Notes under the pieces: generated by a model
Databases searched by the model: none
Told to the model about the DNA's origin: nothing
The model's input: the letters and a program-made list of their open reading frames with translations, nothing else
Origin: an uncultured Planctomycetia bacterium
Lineage (GTDB): Bacteria; Omnitrophota; Gorgyraeia; 1-14-0-20-64-10
Length of the DNA: 64,000 nucleotides
Reading direction: 5' to 3'
Assembly (NCBI GenBank): GCA_964597545.1
Contig: CAZQXN010000010.1
Span: 140-64,139 of the forward strand
Program-made: the position numbers and the translations under genes
Shown here: positions 1 to 8,596 of the stretch, piece by piece
Numbering within the stretch: position 1 is the first letter of the stretch
How the letters are laid out: each line of letters opens with the position of its first letter

Positions 1-847
1 CGAGGGGGGGATCCGGCAGCCTCTCGACTGGTGTGACGTTGCCGGTATCATCAATCAGAAAGATTTGGACAACATGCTGCCTCCGCTGACCTGCTGAGTC
101 GCGCATGTTCGCTGCGCGGTAGTTCATCTTGGGGTTGAGGTAGTCTTTGAGAAAAAGGTCAAAACCAACGGGGTCTTCAAAGACAACAACAGCGCGCTGG
201 ACTGTTGGGTTGCCGCGGAGATCCTTCCCCCGGAAAGGAGAGCGCTCCACGGTCTTGACGGTCACGCGCCCATCGGGTTGAACCCTGAACATGGCAGGGT
301 GTTCGGGGTAGCGGGTTGGATCCGGGTTCTCTTTATACGGCTCAAGGTAGAACTTGCCGGGAACAGAGAAGGTTCGCCCGGTTTCTGAATCATGGACAGT
401 CACCTTGATCTGAATGAAGGGGGAAGCCACCAACGGTTTGCCCCTGAGCGTCTCAGGAATCTTCAGATGAAGGGTCATCTCAAGCGGCTTAAAGTCTGTT
501 GCGGGATCTGGGATGGTTGCGGTCACCGCCGGATTGGGGTCAACCTCGACGGGGGGCTGGTAGAGCGCAGTCAGAACCCCTAAACCGCCTACGCCAAAGA
601 GGACAGCGGCGATTGCCCATCTTTTGAGGCGCAACCGACGGGTTGTCTTCTCCTCTTCTAAGCCGGCTTGGATCCGTTCGGCCACAACAGATTGACCGGC
701 TTGCACTCTGCGCAGAGTCTCTCCTGAATAGGAGTAGGGTCGAAACCCATCCTGAGCAGAGTCAATGGAAGTCCCGGCAAACTGTGACATGGCTAAACTC
801 GTGCTTAGCCAAAGGACTAAGATTCTAGTTACAGCTTTTCCACTCAT
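1..847 (-). CDS. 5' part of a secreted GLEE-linker protein, paralogue of 41351-45571 (3' end outside window)
   Basis: Manual translation from ATG at 847 is open to the window edge: MSGKAVTRILVLWLSTSLAMSQFAG...ETLRRVQAGQSVVAERIQAGLEEEKTTRRLRLKRWAIAAVLFGVGG...PFIQIKVTVHDSETGR...HPAMFRVQPDG...FLIDDTGNVTPVERLPDPPL. It aligns without gaps to module 1 of the 1406-aa ORF. Missing from the ORF track because there is no stop in the window. Confidence 0.9.
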   Translation of the reverse strand, partial: MSGKAVTRILVLWLSTSLAMSQFAGTSIDSAQDGFRPYSYSGETLRRVQAGQSVVAERIQAGLEEEKTTRRLRLKRWAIAAVLFGVGGLGVLTALYQPPVEVDPNPAVTATIPDPATDFKPLEMTLHLKIPETLRGKPLVASPFIQIKVTVHDSETGRTFSVPGKFYLEPYKENPDPTRYPEHPAMFRVQPDGRVTVKTVERSPFRGKDLRGNPTVQRAVVVFEDPVGFDLFLKDYLNPKMNYRAANMRDSAGQRRQHVVQIFLIDDTGNVTPVERLPDPPL

Positions 848-863
848 AAGATATGCCTGTAGA

Positions 864-900
864 TACTATAAGTTTACCTGAGCAATGGGAGTTATGGCAA
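864..900 (-). promoter_or_regulatory. putative sigma70-type promoter of the GLEE paralogue
   Basis: Minus strand TTGCCA-N18-TAAACT followed by TATAGTA; a similar motif lies upstream of the 1406-aa gene. Confidence 0.4.
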
Positions 901-924
901 GGTGTTAGCTAGATATTATTACGC

Positions 925-1641
925 TTAATGATTGGTGGCGCGCGTAAAATAGCCACCAGTGAAGGCGTCAAGGTGGGCGGTGAGCGCCTCAATGCGCAGA
1001 CGTCTTTCCTGGCGAAGGTGCGGATCATCGGTAGGGGCAGCCCGAAACCGCTCCAAAAGCTCCTTGCGTTCAAAATAGATCCGGGTGACCTCCTCTAAGA
1101 TCTGGTTTCTAAGCTTTACCATAAGCCGTGAGCGAACATCGATAGAGGTTTGATCGGTTGACCAGAGCAGATCCCCCAAATCCCAGGTGAAATCAAAGTC
1201 CACCGAGAAATTGCGCCGCTTGGGCCCAATCGTAAATTGGGTCACCCCCTTATAGGTCGAGGAGGCAATGTTGGCACTCTGGTCCCGGTCGAGGCTGAGC
1301 GTAAACTTAGGCAAAAAAGCCTTCCACCGAGCTTGAGCTCGCCACCGAGAGATCTTCTGAGGTGAAACCTCTGCATGGCGAATGGCAGCCTGCTGGACCT
1401 GCCCCACAGTCGGCTCGGCACTACCTTCCCAAGGCAGCTTCAATCCAACAGGGTGACGTGGAGCAATAGGCACGGCAGGTGCCGGCGCCGGCGCACCAGG
1501 CACCGGAATGGCCCTTCCGGTAGCCGGAAGTATCGAAGCATGCACCTTGTGGTTGCCGCGCATGGGGATCAAAATAATCCAGGCAACAACCAGTATGAGG
1601 GGAAGCAGTAGGATTGTAATTTTTACGCGCTCTATTCTCAT
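925..1641 (-). CDS. membrane-anchored TolC/outer-membrane-efflux-like helical protein
   Basis: N-terminal TM segment, Pro-rich linker, then a helix / beta-hairpin (LPKFTLSLD...FDFTWDL) / helix (LEEVTRIYFE) pattern resembling one OEP repeat. Confidence 0.5.
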   Translation of the reverse strand: MRIERVKITILLLPLILVVAWIILIPMRGNHKVHASILPATGRAIPVPGAPAPAPAVPIAPRHPVGLKLPWEGSAEPTVGQVQQAAIRHAEVSPQKISRWRAQARWKAFLPKFTLSLDRDQSANIASSTYKGVTQFTIGPKRRNFSVDFDFTWDLGDLLWSTDQTSIDVRSRLMVKLRNQILEEVTRIYFERKELLERFRAAPTDDPHLRQERRLRIEALTAHLDAFTGGYFTRATNH

Positions 1642-1667
1642 CGGGGACCCCAAAAGAGGGATTCTCT

Positions 1668-1696
1668 ATTTAACATGCTTTTTGCATATATGTCAA
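1668..1696 (-). promoter_or_regulatory. putative sigma70 promoter of the TolC-like gene
   Basis: TTGACA-N17-TTAAAT on the minus strand in the AT-rich divergent intergenic region. Confidence 0.55.
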
Positions 1697-1730
1697 TATA
1701 TCTTTTTTCCCGTTTTAGCAACCGATTGCC

Positions 1731-1759
1731 TTGCTGTGCTAGGGTGGAGGTGGTAGGAT
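1731..1759 (+). promoter_or_regulatory. putative promoter of the XRE regulator (near-leaderless)
   Basis: TTGCTG-N17-TAGGAT with TG extension; ATG at 1766. Confidence 0.4.
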
Positions 1760-1765
1760 ATCCCC

Positions 1766-2320
1766 ATGAAAATCGGAAAGAAGATCAGGCAGTTTAGGCA
1801 AACCAAGGAGTGGACCTTGGCGGATCTGGCCAAGCATTCCGAGGTAGCCCTCTCATCTTTAAGCCGCATCGAGACCGGGCGCATGACCGGAACGCTGGAG
1901 TCGCACATTCAGATTGCCCGGGCACTCGGAGTGCGCCTACCCGAGCTCTATGACAATCTGGATTTGAGTGCCGCCAACCTGGAGGTGCGGCGCGCCGATG
2001 CCCCCGCAGACAAGCTCACCCCTGCCAAGGGGGGCGGGACCATTACCCTGCTGGCAAAATCCACCCCGGAGAAAAAGCTCCTGCCAGCTCTCATCACCGT
2101 TAAGCCCAAGCAGAGCCTTTCCCTCTCGACAGGCGGCGTTGGTTCAGAGCGCTTTATCTACCTTTTGAAGGGACAGGTGGAAATCGCAATGGGAGAGGAG
2201 CGGGTAGGCTTGAAGGTAGGCGACAGCGTCTGTCTGCAAGCTGCTCAGAAGCATACTCTCACAAACCTAAGCACTGCCCCGGCACTGGCGCTCAGCGCCA
2301 TTGCCCCACCTTCAGTCTAA
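1766..2320 (+). CDS. XRE-family HTH transcriptional regulator with C-terminal cupin
   Basis: IGKKIRQFR..WTLADLA..SSLSRIETG HTH; cupin motif ERFIYLLKG..LKVGDS..HTLTN. Confidence 0.9.
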   Translation: MKIGKKIRQFRQTKEWTLADLAKHSEVALSSLSRIETGRMTGTLESHIQIARALGVRLPELYDNLDLSAANLEVRRADAPADKLTPAKGGGTITLLAKSTPEKKLLPALITVKPKQSLSLSTGGVGSERFIYLLKGQVEIAMGEERVGLKVGDSVCLQAAQKHTLTNLSTAPALALSAIAPPSV

Positions 2321-2329
2321 AGAGCGCCT

Positions 2330-2725
2330 TCAGCGGGTCTGTTCTACCACCAGGGAGTAGCGAACCTTCAAATCGCCGTTTAAGAGCACCTCAACGGCGT
2401 ATTCCCCTGCCTGCGGAAGCTCCAAATTGCTGAACCGGGCAATCACGGAGTGCCGGGATTTGAGGCTCGCCAGCTGGAAAGCCGTTTCTTGGTCGCGGGC
2501 AATCTCTTGGCCTTCAGGGTCTAAAACGCGGCTGAACTGCTTGAAGGCGCCTACCCCGCCAATCCAGCCGTTGACAACAAAAAGGGTGGGATGTGTTGCC
2601 GGAAATTCTCGAGCGCCAACCGTCTCAAAGAGGCCCAGCAGGATAAACTTGCCGTTGTCTTCGCGACGGACATCGTCGCACAAGACAGAGTAAAGCAGGG
2701 CGGGTGCAATGGTCGTTGATTCCAA
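2330..2725 (-). CDS. DUF6941-like conserved protein
   Basis: LCDDVRREDNGKFILLGLF ... GEYAVEVLLNG pattern. Confidence 0.7.
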   Translation of the reverse strand: MESTTIAPALLYSVLCDDVRREDNGKFILLGLFETVGAREFPATHPTLFVVNGWIGGVGAFKQFSRVLDPEGQEIARDQETAFQLASLKSRHSVIARFSNLELPQAGEYAVEVLLNGDLKVRYSLVVEQTR

Positions 2726-2731
2726 GGAGGG

Positions 2732-3088
2732 CTACTTGGCGCTTGCCTTGTCGATGACTGCTTCGAGGCGCGCCTTGTCCTCCGGTACAAGCTGAGCAAA
2801 CTCAACACCCGTATCGAAGCTCGGGCCCTTCTTGATTTCTCGGTGGCGCACCACCCAGACGATGGTGCCTTCAACCTTAATCGGCCCCCTGCCGTCGTCT
2901 AGGGTCAGCTCCAAATCGACCGGGGAGAAGATGTCCATGCCCTCCTCCAGGAGAACGCACACTCCCCCTAACCCCACATTCTCCGTGACGGACGAAACGG
3001 TCTTTGCGTCCTGAGGCTGCTTAAGTGTCACCTTACAGGCATACTGAATGCGTGGAAAACGACGCTGATCAATTCCCTGCCATACCAT
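2732..3088 (-). CDS. PilZ-domain protein (putative c-di-GMP receptor)
   Basis: QRRFPR (RxxxR) and NVGLGG (D/NxSxxG-like) motifs; GVEF. Confidence 0.9.
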   Translation of the reverse strand: MVWQGIDQRRFPRIQYACKVTLKQPQDAKTVSSVTENVGLGGVCVLLEEGMDIFSPVDLELTLDDGRGPIKVEGTIVWVVRHREIKKGPSFDTGVEFAQLVPEDKARLEAVIDKASAK

Positions 3089-3223
3089 AGAATCCTCCGC
3101 AATACGTGATCAACAGGTCAAAAGCCTTAAAATCCATGAATAAACGCCACCACTCTTATAGAGGATATCGATCGAAATTGCAAGCAGCTTCAGATCGTGA
3201 TAGCCTAACCTTAAGGAGTCATT

Positions 3224-4123
3224 ATGTACGAAGCCTTCTTTGGCCTGCGCGAAAAACCGTTTCATGTCACCGCCGACCCGGCCTTTCTCTATCCGTCCCA
3301 TCAACATGAGGAGGCGATGGCGCACCTGATGTACGGCATCCGGGAGCGCTTGGGATTTCTCATGATTACCGGTGAGGTCGGTACCGGAAAGACCACCCTG
3401 GCTAAGGCGCTCATCGAAAAGCTTAAACAACCCACGAAAACAGCCCTCATCTTGAATCCCGCCTTAAGTGGAACGCAGCTGCTCCGGGCCATCCTGTTGG
3501 ATTTCGGCTTGGGATCAACAACCGGAACCGCTGGTGACCCACCCAAACGGCTGGGGTCAACGCGGGGGGAACTCCTGCAAACGGTAGAACAGTTTCTGCT
3601 GGGATTGGCCGATACCAGCGGAGTGGGTGTTCTGATTATCGATGAAGCCCAGGCCCTAAGCCCAGCCACCCTTGAACAGGTACGGCTTCTCTCCAACGTA
3701 GAAACACCTAAAGCCAAGCTCCTTCAAATCATCTTAATCGGCCAACCCGAGTTGGCCCAGCATCTCAAGAAGGATGCACGTTTACGGGCACTCCATGAGC
3801 GGATCGCCGTCCGATATCACATTCAACCGTTGAGTGAGGCCGAGGTGGCCGACTACATTGACCACCGCCTGAAAATTGCCGGCTCGACCGGAATCGTTCA
3901 GTTTGCGCCCGAGGCCATCTCAAGCATTGCGCAACTCTCCGGAGGCATTCCGCGCCGGATCAATCTGCTGTGCGACCAAGCCCTGGTGGCCGGATTTGTT
4001 CATGAATCCACAACCATTGACCCGACCCTGGTAGGTACCGCCCAAGGCGCATTGACTGCAGCGCCCGAGCCCGTTGCTACCGGGGATCACACGAATACCT
4101 CAATGCAAGGAGTAAACCCATGA
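3224..4123 (+). CDS. ExeA/GspA-family AAA+ ATPase
   Basis: MYEAFFGLREKPF, Walker A GEVGTGKT, Walker B IIDEAQ, LIGQPEL, GGIPRRINLLCD. Confidence 0.92.
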   Translation: MYEAFFGLREKPFHVTADPAFLYPSHQHEEAMAHLMYGIRERLGFLMITGEVGTGKTTLAKALIEKLKQPTKTALILNPALSGTQLLRAILLDFGLGSTTGTAGDPPKRLGSTRGELLQTVEQFLLGLADTSGVGVLIIDEAQALSPATLEQVRLLSNVETPKAKLLQIILIGQPELAQHLKKDARLRALHERIAVRYHIQPLSEAEVADYIDHRLKIAGSTGIVQFAPEAISSIAQLSGGIPRRINLLCDQALVAGFVHESTTIDPTLVGTAQGALTAAPEPVATGDHTNTSMQGVNP

Positions 4124-4542
4124 GTCTGATTTCTGATGCTCTCCGAAAAACTCAACCTCCACCTGAGCCCCCTCCGCCCGGTAACAAATCCCGCTGGATC
4201 TTTGGGGCCATTGTGATGGGCGCGGTGGGCCTGGTACTCACGCTCGTCGCCTATCTCCCTAAAACCAGCAGTTCCCTGCTCCCTGCAACAGCGGGGATCT
4301 CCTCCGCAAAAAGAACCCCCTCTGCCCATCCCGCCGGGCTTCGGCTGCTGCGATCTGCTCGGAGCGGCTTAAGTTTAAACGGCATTGTACGGGGAAGTGA
4401 TGGGGAATCACTCGCACTGATCAACGGACAGGTGGTCTCGGAAGGAACGATCATTGGAGGAGCAAAGGTTGTCCGCGTGGATCGAGATTACGTGGAACTT
4501 CGGGAAGGCGACAACGTCAGAACGCTGACGCTGCAGGATTAG
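4120..4542 (+). CDS. ExeB/GspB-like membrane protein
   Basis: MSLISDALRK start, TM segment, C-terminal LNGIV..ALINGQVV.EG..I.GAKV..V domain; ATGA overlap with the ExeA-like gene. Confidence 0.75.
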   Translation: MSLISDALRKTQPPPEPPPPGNKSRWIFGAIVMGAVGLVLTLVAYLPKTSSSLLPATAGISSAKRTPSAHPAGLRLLRSARSGLSLNGIVRGSDGESLALINGQVVSEGTIIGGAKVVRVDRDYVELREGDNVRTLTLQD

Positions 4543-4616
4543 AGGCTGTTTCGAAACCGACTCTAGTGGCCTCGTATTGCGAGAACCCCGCCCCTGGCGG
4601 AGGATGAAGCAATCTC
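4540..4616. repeat. REP-like palindromic element between convergent genes (possible bidirectional terminator)
   Basis: Hairpins TAGAG..GTTTCGAAAC..CTCTA, CTCG-TATTG-CGAG and CCGCC-CCT-GGCGG, ending GAAGCAATCTC. Confidence 0.5.
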
Positions 4617-4617
4617 T

Positions 4618-5289
4618 TCAGTAGAGTCGGACGAAGGCGTCTTTGAAATCTTGGAAGCGGGCATCCCCGGAAAGTTTAAGCCGTTCTAGATCCGCTTCTT
4701 CTTGAGTCACAAAAGATCCGACATAAACTCGGTAGCGAGTTTTGCCGTTGGTCCGGCGGCGCAAATCCACCAAGAAAGCCTCGTATCCCAAATCCTTCAA
4801 GTAGCACACCGCTCGATCGGCAGGTGCTTCGACATCGTAGACAGCCACCTGAACGGTGTAGGGGGTTAGATCCCCAGATGAAGGCGAGGCTTGGAGGCTG
4901 CGCATCCCAAAGGGGATACACAGCAAGCCAATCACTAAAACCCACGCCACCATCGCACCCAACGCCCCTGAGGAACCCTCCGCAGAACTCCTCCGGGTCG
5001 CTTCAGGGCAGTTCAACCGTTGCAGACGGGATTGAAGATTTTCCCGCTCGCGCCTGAGTGAGCTGAGTTCACCCCGAAGGCGACTCAGTTCGCCATGAAG
5101 AATCTCCTGCCCTGTCCAAACTGGGCTGGGCGTTTTTCGGTCTGTGACCGCAGGAGCAGCAACCGGTGTGAAGCGTCTCTGGGGGGACTGCTTGCGGCTG
5201 TGGTAGTTGCCATAGAGGCGCTGCTGAATCTCGGACTCGGAGAGGACCCGAACTCCTTCGGGAAGCGGGTTGCGCGGCTCAGCGCTCAT
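4618..5289 (-). CDS. SPOR-domain membrane protein with coiled coil
   Basis: Coiled coil, TM segment, C-terminal YTVQVA...YRVYVGSF...DAFVR. Confidence 0.85.
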   Translation of the reverse strand: MSAEPRNPLPEGVRVLSESEIQQRLYGNYHSRKQSPQRRFTPVAAPAVTDRKTPSPVWTGQEILHGELSRLRGELSSLRRERENLQSRLQRLNCPEATRRSSAEGSSGALGAMVAWVLVIGLLCIPFGMRSLQASPSSGDLTPYTVQVAVYDVEAPADRAVCYLKDLGYEAFLVDLRRRTNGKTRYRVYVGSFVTQEEADLERLKLSGDARFQDFKDAFVRLY

Positions 5290-5783
5290 TGCAGTCCCAA
5301 CCGAAATCGAACCAAGGTCACGCCCCCTAAGGTCCAGCGGCCGTCCTCCACAAAACCTTGAGACAAACAGAGGCGAATGGCCTGCTCCATTCGAGTGGAG
5401 GTTCGGATGACCACCTGCGCAAAGCCCTTGGAGCGGCAGAAGGCCAGCGCTTCCTTTAAGAGACCGGATCCCATCCCATGGCCACGCAACGTGGAATCCA
5501 CAAAGAAGCGTCTTAAGATGGCGGTTGTCTCATCCTCGGCCTTCACCCCGCATGTGCCCACAATCTTGCCTTCACGCTCAGCCACCAAGAAGGTGCTGCG
5601 CGTCCCGCCATAGGTTTTGTCTAAGCGGTCTAAATCCTCTGTGGAATAGGCGGCTTGGTCCTTGGGGAATTCGCCCCCCAAGATGGAGGTGATGAGACTC
5701 ACGATGCCCTTCCCGTCTTCGGGTCGGGCTGAGCGAATATGGATTCCGGTTGAGGTTTCGGAAGAAGTTTCCTTACGAGGCAA
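5286..5783 (-). CDS. GNAT-family N-acetyltransferase
   Basis: FFVDSTLRGHGMG acetyl-CoA loop; TTG start at 5783 assumed because it overlaps the upstream stop. Confidence 0.88.
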   Translation of the reverse strand: MPRKETSSETSTGIHIRSARPEDGKGIVSLITSILGGEFPKDQAAYSTEDLDRLDKTYGGTRSTFLVAEREGKIVGTCGVKAEDETTAILRRFFVDSTLRGHGMGSGLLKEALAFCRSKGFAQVVIRTSTRMEQAIRLCLSQGFVEDGRWTLGGVTLVRFRLGLQ

Positions 5784-6060
5784 TCTTGTAAACTCTGTCG
5801 TGTTGCCGAACCTTAGCAGAAACCTGAATACCGACCTCGTCACCCTGCTTGGCTTCAGTAACGGGCTTATGGTCAATCTGCATGGAACGGATGGTTTCCT
5901 TTAAATCCGTAGTGTGTCCCTTGATCCAGATGGTTTCCCCTACCTTCAACGTTCCCTTCTGAATCGCTATGATGACGACGCTGGGGTGGGCGAAGAAAGA
6001 AACGGCCACTCCGATCTCGTCACCGGGGGGTGCTTCTGGAGATGGTGCCGGCTCTGGCAT
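5773..6060 (-). CDS. translation elongation factor-like beta-barrel protein (U32 C-terminal-like)
   Basis: EIG.AVSFF..LKVGETI.IKG.TTD...SMQIDH...A..GDEVGI.V...VR..DRVY. Confidence 0.8.
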   Translation of the reverse strand: MPEPAPSPEAPPGDEIGVAVSFFAHPSVVIIAIQKGTLKVGETIWIKGHTTDLKETIRSMQIDHKPVTEAKQGDEVGIQVSAKVRQHDRVYKIAS

Positions 6061-6128
6061 CTTATGCCCTCCTTACGCGAACTGCTTCATATTAGCCAAG
6101 TCCTTCTCACCTGTCAATGCTGTTACCA

Positions 6129-6863
6129 TCACGGTACTGGAGCTAAAAGATGCTCCAAGGCAATCCGCGCTGCCTCTTGAGAGGCCGCCTTCTTGCTGGG
6201 TCCAGAACCCTGGCCATAGAGTTTTCCCCGCCAACCGACAGAAACCTGAAAGCGGCGGCGGTGACTGGGGCCGGCTTCTGCCACGACTCGGTATTCCGGT
6301 GTCGCCTTGAAGTAGCGCAGGGCATACTCCTGAAGCAGAGACTTGTAATCAGCGGCCAATTGCCCGGTCTCGACCGCCTCGATTTGACGGTGAAAGAGCT
6401 TCTTGATCAGCCGGGTCACCGGCTTGAGCCCCCGGTCCAAGTAGATGGCCCCCAAAACCGCCTCCAGGGCAGAGCCGATGACCGAGGGGCGCTGAGCCTC
6501 ACCCCGGGAGATCTCCCCCGGCCCCATGAGGATCCAATCGTCCAACTTGAGGGCTGCCGCCACCTCTCCGAGTGTCGCGCGGCTGACCACCTGGGCCTTG
6601 ACCTTCGCCAGATCCCCCACCTCAGAAACCGGGTAAAGGCGAAACAACTCCTCGGAAATGACCAGCCCCAAAACAGCATCCCCAAGAAACTCCAGCGTCT
6701 CATTGTCCACATGGAGGGCATCCGGCTTGGCCATTTGAGCATAGGAGCGGTGAATCAGCGATCGGTTGAGCATCGCCGGCTTACGGAAACGAACACCCAG
6801 AACCCGCTCCAGTCGATGCAGGTGCTTGAGTCGATCGCGTGTCAGTCCCTTACGAAGAAAAAT
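6129..6863 (-). CDS. rnc: ribonuclease III (proposed ATT start at 6863; first ATG at 6773)
   Basis: NETLEFLGDAVL signature and dsRBD DYKSLLQE..G.SKK.A.QEAA. The conserved LERVLGVRF lies upstream of the first ATG. Confidence 0.95.
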   Translation of the reverse strand: MFLRKGLTRDRLKHLHRLERVLGVRFRKPAMLNRSLIHRSYAQMAKPDALHVDNETLEFLGDAVLGLVISEELFRLYPVSEVGDLAKVKAQVVSRATLGEVAAALKLDDWILMGPGEISRGEAQRPSVIGSALEAVLGAIYLDRGLKPVTRLIKKLFHRQIEAVETGQLAADYKSLLQEYALRYFKATPEYRVVAEAGPSHRRRFQVSVGWRGKLYGQGSGPSKKAASQEAARIALEHLLAPVP

Positions 6864-6866
6864 GGC

Positions 6867-7976
6867 CTAACCCTCCCAGGCGCCTCGAATGGCCTTCGTG
6901 ATGACTGGGCTCGGAACATTCTCTTTGACCGTGCAGCGGCCAATGCCGGTGGGCAGAACCCACCGGTTGCGCCCTGTAAACCACTTTTTGTCGTGTGACA
7001 TGGCGCGGGTGATATCCGCCAAGCGCACACCGCGAAACGTCACAGGAAGGTCCAAGTGGCACAGAAGGCCACAGATCCGATCCGCGCTGCGCGCCGAAAG
7101 CAGTCCCAGGGATTGAGATACATCCGCAGCCACCCGTATCCCAACCGCCACAGCCTCGCCGTGAGTATAGGAACGGCGGTAGCCGCTGGCCGTCTCCAAG
7201 GCATGCCCAAGGGTGTGTCCGAGGTTCAGAATTGTTCGAATGCCTTTGGTTTCAAATTCATCCTGCTCAACGACTGCAGCTTTAACGCGCATCGCCCGAT
7301 ACAGAGCCCAACTCAAGCGATCAGCCCCCTTACGCATCTGACGTACGGAGCTGTGCTCCAGGGCCTTAAAGAGGGCGGCATCACGAATGACTCCGCATTT
7401 GGCCACCTCCGCCAAACCGGAACGGAACTGCCGCTCCGAAAGGGTCTCCAAGAACTTAAGCTCTACAAAGATGAGGCGCGGTTGAACAATGAGCCCCACC
7501 AAGTTCTTTCCCTGCGGAAGATCTACGGCGGTCTTTCCCCCAATGGCAGAGTCGACCTGAGCCAACAACGTTGTGGGCAGCTGCACATAGGGGATGCCGC
7601 GCTTGTAGAGGCCGGCTACCACACCGCCCAAATCCCCCACAACCCCTCCGCCCGCCAAGACCAAGAAAGGGCGCTTGCCCGGGCCATCCAACTTGGCCAA
7701 GGCCGAGAGAAGACGACTCAAGCTGGGCAAGCTCTTGCTTTGCTCTGTGTCGGCAACGGTCAGCGTCGTCACTGGCCCACCGACCCGCTGCAGGGCCTTT
7801 TGAATGGCCTTGCCGTGCCGACGCAAAATGTTTGGGTTGCTCAGAAGAATCGGATGGGTTCCCAGTGCCATGCGGCGCAATCGGGACCCCAAGCGGTTGA
7901 GATGCCCGGAGCCCACCACAATCTCAACCGGTTGCCGCGATAGCTTCATTCGAATCGTATGTGTTTGTCCCATCAC
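6867..7976 (-). CDS. aroB: 3-dehydroquinate synthase
   Basis: GGGVVGDLGG, PTTLLAQVDSAIGGKT, LNLGHTLGHALE, HGEAV. Confidence 0.97.
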   Translation of the reverse strand: MMGQTHTIRMKLSRQPVEIVVGSGHLNRLGSRLRRMALGTHPILLSNPNILRRHGKAIQKALQRVGGPVTTLTVADTEQSKSLPSLSRLLSALAKLDGPGKRPFLVLAGGGVVGDLGGVVAGLYKRGIPYVQLPTTLLAQVDSAIGGKTAVDLPQGKNLVGLIVQPRLIFVELKFLETLSERQFRSGLAEVAKCGVIRDAALFKALEHSSVRQMRKGADRLSWALYRAMRVKAAVVEQDEFETKGIRTILNLGHTLGHALETASGYRRSYTHGEAVAVGIRVAADVSQSLGLLSARSADRICGLLCHLDLPVTFRGVRLADITRAMSHDKKWFTGRNRWVLPTGIGRCTVKENVPSPVITKAIRGAWEG

Positions 7977-8596
7977 ACACCCAATGCGTCGGCTAAAAAG
8001 GTGACCGTTGGCCAGAGAAAACGCCTCAAGATCCCAAAGTAAATGAGCGCAAAAACAATCAGAATCCCCCAGCGCTCTAATTTCAGAACATGCCGGGCCA
8101 AAGAAACCGGCAAGAGCCCGACGAGAATCCGGGAACCATCCAGGGGAGGAATCGGCAGAAGATTAAAGACCCCCAAAACCAGATTGATGAGAATCAAATA
8201 CGTAACCATCGCCTCAGCCAGCTCGGGAAGCGCGGAACCTGAAACCCGAAGCATGAATGCCAGCATTGCCGCCAAGATGAAGTTGGAGGCTGGACCGGCC
8301 AACCCCACCCAAAGCATGTCCTGCTTAGGCCTGCGCAGATGATAGGGGTTGATCGGAACCGGCTTGGCCCACCCAAAAACAAAAGGGGCCCGAGCCAGGA
8401 GCAGGATGATGGGCAGCAGCAGGGTTCCTACGGGATCGATATGACGCAGAGGATTAAAGGTTAACCGTCCAGCCTGTTTTGCTGTAGGATCCCCCAACAG
8501 CAAGGCCACCCAACCGTGGCTGACCTCATGAACCATCACGGCAATCATAAAGAGAGGAAAGAGCAGCAGGAAACCCATCAAAAAATCCATCAGCAC
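7973..8596 (-). CDS. site-2 protease family (M50) metalloprotease
   Basis: HEVSHG, AGPASN, FNLLPIPPLDG. Confidence 0.95.
   Translation of the reverse strand: MLMDFLMGFLLLFPLFMIAVMVHEVSHGWVALLLGDPTAKQAGRLTFNPLRHIDPVGTLLLPIILLLARAPFVFGWAKPVPINPYHLRRPKQDMLWVGLAGPASNFILAAMLAFMLRVSGSALPELAEAMVTYLILINLVLGVFNLLPIPPLDGSRILVGLLPVSLARHVLKLERWGILIVFALIYFGILRRFLWPTVTFLADALGV

Noticed and set aside
392-828. Plus-strand ORFs 392-583 and 643-828, and the similar ORF at 45149-45340
   Set aside because: Antisense shadows of the two GLEE-family paralogues; their mutual similarity reflects the minus-strand genes.
6150-7943. Long plus-strand ORFs (282 aa, 295 aa), and similar ones at 32098-33060 and 39099-40115
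   Set aside because: They lie opposite well-supported genes, have no recognisable motifs, and are typical antisense frames in GC-rich DNA.
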